From contig JAOSJK010000023.1 of NCBI GenBank assembly GCA_027494135.1, forward strand, positions 12,558 through 76,557: a DNA stretch of 64,000 bases. The letters run 5' to 3'. The stretch's first letter is position 1; every line of letters begins with the position of its first letter. The notes below the pieces were generated by a model. It searched no databases and was not told the DNA's origin. It saw only the letters and a program-made list of their open reading frames with translations. The DNA comes from Acidimicrobiia bacterium. Lineage in GTDB: Bacteria; Actinomycetota; Acidimicrobiia; IMCC26256; PALSA-610. Shown here piece by piece: positions 48,641 to 55,290 of the stretch. Made by a program: the position numbers and the translations under genes.

Positions 48641-49425
48641 GGTCGGCGAGGAGGAGCGCACCCTGCCCGAAGTAGTTGAGGATGAGCGCAGGGACCCATG
48701 TCGGCGTAGAGCGCCTCGGTCCCCGTGACCACCAGGAACACGGCCGCGAGTACCAGGGCGCCGTGGAAGCCGTTGTGCGCGAAGAAGAGAGCTGCGTGCA
48801 CGGGGCTCAGCGCGCCGAGCACCGAGGGCTCCGCGAGGATGCCGCGGATCCCGAGCGCGGCCAGCACCACGAACCACACGAAGGTGACGGGTCCGAAGAC
48901 GGCGCCGACCTTGGCCGTGCCCCGGCGCTGGAAGAGGAAGAGCCCCACCAGGATCACGAGCGTCCCCGGGACCACGAAGGGCCGGAAGAGGGGCGTCGCC
49001 ACCTCGAGGCCCTCCATCGCGCTCAGCACGGAGATGGCGGGCGTGATCATGCCGTCGCCGTAGAGGAGCGCCGCACCGAAGAGCCCGAGCACCGCCAATC
49101 GCCACGAGCGCCCCTGGGCGGGCGCATGGCTCGGCACGACGAGGGCCATCAGCGCCAGGATCCCGCCCTCGCCCCGGTTGTCGGCGCGCATCACAAACAC
49201 GAGGTACTCGACGGAGACCACCAGGATCAGCGACCAGACGATCAGCGACAGGACGCCCAGCACGTTGGCCGGGGTCACCGGAACGCCGTACTCGCCGTAG
49301 AAGCACTCGCGGATGGCGTAGAGCGGGCTCGTGCCGATGTTGCCGTACACGACCCCGAGCGCCGCGAGGGAGAGCGTGAACAGGTAGCGGCCGCGCGGCC
49401 GCTCCGGCGTCGGCTCGACGGTCAT
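48641..49425 (-). pseudogene. kup: KUP-family potassium transporter, 5' fragment with an internal lesion near 48691-48700
   Basis: MTVEPTPE...LGVVYGNIGTSPLYA...RADNRGEGGILAL...TGTEALYADMG, then about 15 expected residues are missing with a frame change to VPALILNYFGQGALLLADH. Similarity then stops, so only about 265 of the roughly 620-650 expected codons remain. Confidence 0.8.
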
Positions 49426-49847
49426 GAACAGGAGTCCTCTCGCTTCGATCCGCGGACCTTGGGCTCCGAGGCCAAGAGAGCCAGGCCGCCTCGCCGCAGA
49501 GCGCGGTGGGGCAGACGGCCGAGAGGCCGAGCTCCTGGTACATCGCGGCCCGCTCGGGATCGGAGACCCGGGCCAGAACCTCCTTCGCGCCGAAGAGCCT
49601 CTGCGCCATCAGCGAGGCCATCAGGCTCTCGAGATCCTCGCGGATCGCGACGACGACAGCGGCCTCCGCGATCGCCGCCCGGCGGAGGGTCGGCGGCTCC
49701 GTCGCGTCTCCTTCGAGCACGAGGCCACCGAACCCGCGCTCCTGCAGATGTTCGAGTGCTGCCGCGCTGCGATCCCATGCCGACAGGGAGGTACGCCCCC
49801 TCCCGTCCGCATCCCACGATGACGGCTCGTCGTTCAGACGCGGTCAC
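49422..49847 (-). pseudogene. TrkA-N/RCK-type NAD-binding domain gene with two compensating frame changes
   Basis: The GTG at 49847 gives RRAVIVGCGREGAYL. The middle (DRSAAALEHLQERGFGGLVLEGDATEPPTLRRAAIAEAAVVVAIREDLESLMASLMAQRLFGAKEVLARVSDPERAAMYQELGLSAVCP) is in the ORF 48263..49720 frame. The tail (LALLASEPKV...) returns to the first frame. The stop overlaps the kup start (ATGA). Confidence 0.6.
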
Positions 49848-50068
49848 TCCGGCCAGCTCACTTCCTGGGCCCTCCGGGCTCTTCTGCGGAGAGCGGCTGC
49901 TTCTGCCGGTCGGTGGATCTGCGTCATCGATTCTCATGGGTGCGATGCGGCCAGGGCTTCTCGGAGGCGCCTGGCAGCGCAAAGCGCGGGTGGCCCAGGG
50001 CAAAGCACATCGCGTGCCAGCGCCGGCAGAGGCCCCTGAACTCGCATGGCGAGGCCGCGCGAGCCGCA

Positions 50069-50091
50069 GGACCTGCAAAAATGCAGGGTCC
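50069..50091 (-). terminator. stem-loop downstream of the 50177 gene (possible terminator)
   Basis: GGACCTGCA-AAAA-TGCAGGGTCC, a 9-bp stem with one bulge, 86 nt past the stop. It has no U tract. Confidence 0.25.
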
Positions 50092-50176
50092 AGCCTTGCG
50101 AATCGCAGTGCAGCGGCGGGATGTGGCGCGATCGTTGAGTCGGTGCGCGAGGGCCTCGCTGAGCGCCCGTGTCGAG

Positions 50177-50826
50177 TCAGAACAGGCTGAGCTGGGAGCA
50201 CCGGCGCCGCAGCTCTGCGCCCGTCGTCTTGGCAGCCTCGCGGAGGGCGCGGAGGTGGCAGCGACCCGCGAGGAGGTGGCACCACTTTGCCGGGAGCGTG
50301 GCGTCGGCAGGGTCCGACGAGAGGCGCCCGTGCCGCTCGCGCAGGACCTGCTTGAGCGCCGCCCGCAGCGATGCCTCCTCCTGGTCGATCGACTCGCGGA
50401 GCCACGCGAGGCGCGCCTCGGGGTCCTGCTTGGCGCGAACGGGAAGGCGCTCCTCGATCAGCTCGCGATGGGAGACACGGCGCATCCGGAGCGCGAAGCC
50501 GGCGGACGAGTAGCCTCGATCTGGTCGACGCGCGGCCAGGGACCGTCGCGTCGATCATCTGCGTAGGAGAATGGATCGGGATCCCAGCACTGCGCGCGGC
50601 GGCGCTCGTCGCGCGCGCGGGCCTTCGCGAGGTAGGCCTCCGTGTACTCGTGCTCCGGAGGGTCGAGGTCCGCGCGGCGGAGCTGATGCTCCCAGGTGAG
50701 CGCCCCGTGCCAGGCCTCCCACTCGTCTCGGGTGGCAAAGCGAGGGCAGGGCGGCGGCAGCGGTCCGTCCGCTCCGTCGCTACCGGAGAGGGTCTGGCGC
50801 CCCGGGTCGACCTGCTGGCTGTCCAT
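50177..50826 (-). CDS. hypothetical protein(s): two overlapping ORFs (50458..50826 and 50177..50485), or one gene with a 1-nt gap near 50500
   Basis: Both pieces look coding (EYTEAYLAKARARDERRRAQ; RELIEERLPVRAKQDPEARLAWLRESIDQEEASLRAALKQVL). The upstream in-frame extension of the second ORF reads GYSSAGFALRM. I recognise no family. Confidence 0.4.
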
Positions 50827-50827
50827 G

Positions 50828-51100
50828 TCAGTACTCCTCCGGGAGGAGCACCGTCGTCAGGGAGCGATCGGCCTCGGTGATGATCCAGAAGCGGATCCCT
50901 TCATGCGTGGTGTACGACGAGAGGAGCCGCGCGCGCTCGCCGACCGCGGCTTCATTGGCCTCGGCGTCTTCGGGGCAGACGTTGCCCCAGTCTCCCGAGG
51001 CGTGGCGCCCGAGCGCCCGCAGCATCTCGCCGTTCGGGACGCGCTCCAGCGCCCCCAGCGTGCTCACCAACCTGCCGAGTCGAAACCTCGCCTTCGCCAT
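50828..51100 (-). CDS. small conserved protein of conjugative-element/plasmid accessory regions (CDWG...TT.L.P.EY type)
   Basis: ORF 50828..51469 trimmed to the ATG at 51100 with a GAGGAGGTG RBS. Sequence: MAKARFRLGRLVSTLGALE...HASGDWGNVCPEDAEANEAAV...RFWIITEADRSLTTVLLPEEY. It matches my memory of a roughly 90-100 aa family often mislabelled as a restriction subunit. Confidence 0.6.
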   Translation of the reverse strand: MAKARFRLGRLVSTLGALERVPNGEMLRALGRHASGDWGNVCPEDAEANEAAVGERARLLSSYTTHEGIRFWIITEADRSLTTVLLPEEY

Positions 51101-51200
51101 CGTCTCACCTCCTCGCCTCGGGGATCCGTGCTGGCCGGCCGCTCCGCGGCCAGGGCCCCCGGCCTCTGGCCGCTCACAGCGATCCGCCGCGTCCGAAGGA

Positions 51201-51250
51201 GGCGGGGTCAAGGACGCCGAAGGCGAGCGCAGCGGTGCCTTGACGCCGCC
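51201..51250. repeat. imperfect inverted repeat containing a 25-nt element (51224-51248) shared with 53507-53531
   Basis: The arms GGCGGGGTCAAGGACGCC and GGTGCCTTGACGCCGCC can pair. The 25-mer CGAGCGCAGCGGTGCCTTGACGCCG is identical at both loci. Confidence 0.6.
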
Positions 51251-51469
51251 GGCGGACGCGGCATCTCCGAACGCGGCGCAGGTGCCCGGGATCGGCTCGA
51301 TGGAGGCGATGGAGGTCAGCGGAACACGGGCGCTATTCGCGCCGCTCGAGGGAGGCCATCCGAGCTGCAGGAGCGACCTGGAGGGACTCGGTTCGCTTCC
51401 AGTGGTCTGCTTCGCGACTCTTCTCTGCGGGAGCAAGCACCGGCCAGTTGCTGGCCTGCGGAGGAGCAC

Positions 51470-52006
51470 GTGCAGCGAGCCACAATGACGATCGTTCTAG
51501 CCTTCTTGGCGCTTGCTTGCGGGGAAGGCCGGGAGCGCCATCCGACAAGCGAGGCCATGCCGACCATTCAAGATGCGGCAAAGGACCGAAGCGTGAGGCT
51601 CCTCTACGTTCCAGCCTATGCGTACGCGGTCGATCAGAGTGGCCGGACCACGCTGGCGACGACGCTCACCGTCCACAACACGACGTTCGAGAACGTGACG
51701 GTCCATTCCGTGGACTACTACGACTCCGCAGGCATCCTGGTGCAGAAGCAGCTCGATGCACCCCGCGAGCTCGGCCCGCTGGAGGCGATCGAGTTCCACC
51801 AGGAGGCGAAGGGACCGAGCGAGGGAGCGGGGGCCAACTTCCTCGTCGGGTGGACGGGCCCCACCGGCTCGTCGCCGCCCCTGGCCGAGGCGCTGATGGT
51901 CGGACACCAGGGAGCCGGCCGGCTGACCTTCACCTCCCGGGGCGTGGAGGTCGGGATGCGCTCAGCGGGCAAACCTGCCTCTGCGGTCGTCGAAGAGGAG
52001 CCGTAG
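51470..52006 (+). CDS. DUF3124-like lipoprotein
   Basis: The GTG at 51470 (or ATG at 51485) gives a lipobox LALAC. Motifs: LLYVPAYAYAV, LTVHNTTFENVTVHSVDYYDSAGILV, GAGANFLVGW. Confidence 0.6.
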   Translation: MQRATMTIVLAFLALACGEGRERHPTSEAMPTIQDAAKDRSVRLLYVPAYAYAVDQSGRTTLATTLTVHNTTFENVTVHSVDYYDSAGILVQKQLDAPRELGPLEAIEFHQEAKGPSEGAGANFLVGWTGPTGSSPPLAEALMVGHQGAGRLTFTSRGVEVGMRSAGKPASAVVEEEP

Positions 52007-52055
52007 GCGCAGACGCTGCTCGGCGCGCTGAGCTACGAACGGCGGGCCGCCCCGC

Positions 52056-52520
52056 CTACACGGAAAGGCGATCGGGGCGCGACTCCCGGATCGAGTGGAA
52101 CGCGCCGCTGCGCGCCCAGACGACGTGGTCGAGGAGCGTCACGCCGAGGATGCGGCCGGCCTCGGCCAGGCGCTTCGTCACCTCGAGGTCTTCGGCGCTC
52201 GGCGTGGGATCGCCGCTCGGGTGGTTGTGGCCGATGAGGAGAGCGCAGGCCCCGAGCGCGATGGCCGGCTGGAAGACCTCGCGCGGGTGGACGAGTGAGG
52301 CGGTGGCCGTGCCGATGGAGACGATGGAGTCGGCGATCGGGCGGTGGCGGCCGTCGAGGTAGATGGCCACGAAGTGCTCGCGCGCGTCGTCGCGGATCCG
52401 GCGCCGCAGGTAGTCCGCGACCTGGTCCGGGCTCGTGATCTTCGCGGGAGCGCGCCGCCGTGCGCCGACGTAGCGGATCGCGACCTCCCGAATCATGTGG
52501 ATCTTGTCCGTGCTCGACAT
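52056..52520 (-). CDS. radC: RadC-like JAB-domain protein
   Basis: ORF 52056..52712 trimmed to the ATG at 52520. Motifs: HFVAIYLDGRHRPI, GHNHPSGDPTPSAEDLEVTKRL, LLDHVV. Confidence 0.8.
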   Translation of the reverse strand: MSSTDKIHMIREVAIRYVGARRRAPAKITSPDQVADYLRRRIRDDAREHFVAIYLDGRHRPIADSIVSIGTATASLVHPREVFQPAIALGACALLIGHNHPSGDPTPSAEDLEVTKRLAEAGRILGVTLLDHVVWARSGAFHSIRESRPDRLSV

Positions 52521-52553
52521 CGTTGCCCTGCCTCCGTCTTGGGGCCCGTTCCG

Positions 52554-52587
52554 GGCCGGCTCTCTCACCGGCGCTGGAGAGCCGGCC
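52554..52587 (-). other. perfect 11-bp-stem hairpin in the radC leader
   Basis: GGCCGGCTCTC (52554-52564) pairs with GAGAGCCGGCC (52577-52587) across a 12-nt loop, 34 nt upstream of the radC ATG. Confidence 0.5.
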
Positions 52588-53011
52588 GGACGGGCCGGAG
52601 GCCGCACCCGTCTGGAGCAAGGCGACGAGGCAGAGCCCGTGAACGGAGGCTCGGCGGAGGGCGCGGGATTTGCCGATGGCGCTGCAGCGCAGGACGAGTG
52701 TGCGGACGACACGACGGGGCAGGGGATGGAGCGAGCGCGGAGAGGTCGTCGATGGGGGAGCTACGCGGTGCAGGAGGGCGGCGAACGCCGCGACTTGCCG
52801 CGCCACGACACAGATCGGAGTAGGGGCGCTTCGGGGGGTACTACGGGTCGGCCCGACACGAGATCGTCGATCCTGGGGCAACCTGCGCAGCCCATCTTCT
52901 GGGCATGGACGGCGAAACGCACGGAGAGGCGCTTTCGGCGCGAAGAGGGTCCGCGCGGCCCGCCCCGCGCGCGAGGGGGGCGAGCGTCAGCGAGGCGCGC
53001 GGGCGCCGCTC

Positions 53012-53434
53012 TCAGGCGAGCGGCTCGCGCACGGCCTCCTTGCCGAAGAAGCCCTGCGCTCGCAAGTTGCGGAACCACATGCGGGCGAAGCTGCGGAGCT
53101 CGCTCTTCAGGCTCGGCACGAGGTGGGTGCGGTGGCCCTGCGGCGAGTAGCGGTAGACCTCCTGGTTGGTGCCGGTGAAGTCGTTGCGGAACGAGAGGGG
53201 CTCGGCCGTGCGGACGCCGGTGGCCGTGCGGATCTCGAAGACGATCTCGGGATCGCGCATGAGGTCGCCGTTCTGGATGGCGGTGTGCGAGAGCGCGATC
53301 AGCGTGCCGCCGTCGGCACTTCGTCCGATGGCCTCGATCGAGAGCGGCATGTAGCCGGAGACGGTGATGCGGACCGCCTGCTCGCCGCCGAGCAGCCGAT
53401 CGAGGTCGCGTGCGAAGGTCTCGTAGGTCTTCAT
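53012..53434 (-). CDS. conserved hypothetical, DUF6908-like (mobile-element accessory protein)
   Basis: 140-aa ORF with YMPLSIEAIG, ALSHTAIQNGDLMRDPEIVFEI and LKSELRSFARMWFRNLRAQGF. The family name is from memory only. Confidence 0.5.
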   Translation of the reverse strand: MKTYETFARDLDRLLGGEQAVRITVSGYMPLSIEAIGRSADGGTLIALSHTAIQNGDLMRDPEIVFEIRTATGVRTAEPLSFRNDFTGTNQEVYRYSPQGHRTHLVPSLKSELRSFARMWFRNLRAQGFFGKEAVREPLA

Positions 53435-53482
53435 CGGTCTCTCCCTCCGTGGGTGTTTCGAGGGCGAGAAGCGCCGGCGCCG

Positions 53483-53532
53483 CCGGTGTCCAGGCCGGCC
53501 GCAGGCCGAGCGCAGCGGTGCCTTGACGCCGG
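53483..53532. repeat. second copy of the 25-nt element (53507-53531) with an upstream complementary arm
   Basis: The identical 25-mer CGAGCGCAGCGGTGCCTTGACGCCG. CCGGTGTCCAGGC (53483-53495) is imperfectly complementary to GTGCCTTGACGCCGG. Confidence 0.55.
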
Positions 53533-53777
53533 AAGAGCGGCGCCGGCGATATGGAAGAGCCCGGGCACCCAGAGAGGGAGAGACGAGGGCCGCAGAACGA
53601 GCGACGGACCGAGTGAGCTCGAGGCGAGCGAACGCCGGCCGGCTACTCCAGGAACCCGCGCTGCATCACCTCGGCTACAGCGGGTGCAACCAGAGGCCGG
53701 TTCGCGGTACCGAAGACGCGCCGTCCGTTCGGGCGCCGGATGCGCTCGCCGCGGACGTTTGCACCGCGCAACAGGGT

Positions 53778-54521
53778 CTACCGATCCGCCGGATCCCTTA
53801 CCCGTGATTCGGCATCCGAGACGCGCGAGGCTCGCGCCCGGTCCAGCTCCTCGAACTTCTCGCGCGTAATCGAGATGAAGACGCCGGTCGACTCGGCGGT
53901 GAGCGTGTCGTCACCGACGTAGATCTCGCCGCTCGTGAAGATTCGCCGGCCCTCGACCCGGGTGAGACGGCCCTCGAAGCGGAGCTCCGTGGCGACCGGC
54001 GTCGGGCGGCGATAGCGGATGGTGATCTCGCCCGTCATGCCCGGGCTTCCCGAGAAGATGCAGGCCATTCCGAGGAGCTCGTCGAACGCGGCCGCGAGGA
54101 ACCCGCCGTGGACGCAGCCGGGCGCCCCCTCGTAGGCTCTTCCAAATCGGCCGGTGCCGTGGACGATCCCATTCCCGGGATCGGGCACCAGGTCCAGCGG
54201 TGGAGCGACCGGGTTCGAGAGGCCCACCACGGGACTGCGATCGTGGAACGTCTCCATGCCTGCCAAGGCCATCTCGGCGACGCCGGGCGCCGCGGCCATC
54301 CGCGGCTGCGAAGCGAAGCGTGCCGCCATCGTGCGAATCTCGTCCGCAGCGTCGAGGAGATCGGCCTGCGAGGCATCGGTGGTGCAGACACCGTCGAGCA
54401 ATTCGCGCAGCGCCGCGGCCAGGCGACGTTTTGCCGGCCAGGTCCCGCTGGCAGCAAGCGTGTCCTCACGAAAGCGCGCGATGCGCTCCAGGATCGATCG
54501 ATCGAAGGTCTCGGTCGCCAA
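53778..54521 (-). CDS. hot-dog fold thioesterase (PaaI-like core), paralog of 15319-15987
   Basis: ORF 53778..54722 trimmed to the TTG at 54521, 4 nt after GGAGG. Motif: GAPGCVHGGFLAAAFDELLG...GMTGEITIRYRRPTP. Confidence 0.65.
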   Translation of the reverse strand: MATETFDRSILERIARFREDTLAASGTWPAKRRLAAALRELLDGVCTTDASQADLLDAADEIRTMAARFASQPRMAAAPGVAEMALAGMETFHDRSPVVGLSNPVAPPLDLVPDPGNGIVHGTGRFGRAYEGAPGCVHGGFLAAAFDELLGMACIFSGSPGMTGEITIRYRRPTPVATELRFEGRLTRVEGRRIFTSGEIYVGDDTLTAESTGVFISITREKFEELDRARASRVSDAESRVRDPADR

Positions 54522-54564
54522 GCTTCCTCCAGGACGGCGTGACAAGAGCAGCTCCGAGGGAGCC

Positions 54565-55290
54565 TCAACGGATGCCGCGTTCGAGCGCGACCTCGCGGTC
54601 GAAGTCCCCGTCCTCGAAGGGTGTGGACACTCGACCAAGGGCTCCCTCGGACATGGCTCTCGGATAGTGCCGACGCCATGTCGCCTCCATCGCCGCGACG
54701 GGAACGGCGTCGTGGATCCCATGGTCCCGGATGTACTCCATGTGCCGTCTGCCCTCGCGATCGAACGGGTGGTAGATGGAATCGCTCCGTCCGTCGAACT
54801 CGAGCGGCTGGAGGTTCATCTTCTCGCAGAGCTCGACGTTGAACGCGGGCGTCGCCTTCACCCAATTTCCCTCGATCCGAAGGTGGGCGTAGCCGTGGTA
54901 GTAGAAGACATCGGTTCCCATGAAGTCCCGCATGCGCGCGGTAGAGAGGTGATTGCGGACGTCGGCGAAGCCCAGGCGGGCGGCGATGCCCAGCGCGCGG
55001 CAGCAGGCTGCCAGGACCACCGCCTTGCCCACGCACCAGCCGCGGCCGGCGCGCAGGGTGGCGGATGCCCGCAGCGCATCGGGGGACGAGCCCGCCGTGT
55101 AGGGGTCGTAGCGGATGCCGTCGCGCACCGCGTAGTAGAGGCGCACGGCGCTCTCGCGTTCACCGGCCGCGGACCTCGCGTGGTCCCGTGCGAAGGCGAC
55201 CACCTCGGGGTGGTCGGAGTCGACGTGCTCGTTCGGGGCCAGGAAGGCCGCGGTGGCGGCCGGTAGGGCACGCTGGGAGCGGTGGCTCAT
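54565..55290 (-). CDS. transglutaminase-like cysteine peptidase-fold protein
   Basis: ATG at 55290 (GGAGG RBS) overlaps the P450 stop (ATGA). Motif: GRGWCVGKAVVLAACCRALGIAARLGFADVRNH...YYHGYAHL. Confidence 0.7.
   Translation of the reverse strand: MSHRSQRALPAATAAFLAPNEHVDSDHPEVVAFARDHARSAAGERESAVRLYYAVRDGIRYDPYTAGSSPDALRASATLRAGRGWCVGKAVVLAACCRALGIAARLGFADVRNHLSTARMRDFMGTDVFYYHGYAHLRIEGNWVKATPAFNVELCEKMNLQPLEFDGRSDSIYHPFDREGRRHMEYIRDHGIHDAVPVAAMEATWRRHYPRAMSEGALGRVSTPFEDGDFDREVALERGIR

Noticed and set aside
49848-50176. Search for a tRNA gene, att-like direct repeats or an integrase fragment at the edges of the 48.6-53.8 kb patch.
   Set aside because: I could not find a tRNA-like T-arm or acceptor sequence, nor repeats shared between 49848-50176 and 53435-53777. 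The island boundaries therefore remain undefined.
53523-53807. ORF 53523..53807(+). Also an in-frame continuation past the thioesterase stop on the minus strand (about 53650-53777, ...RGANVRGERIRRPNGRRVFGTANRPLVAPAVAEVMQRGFLE).
   Set aside because: There is no RBS or clear start and no recognisable family, and the composition is typical of noncoding GC-rich DNA. It may be a remnant of a destroyed gene at the island edge, but this is unsupported.
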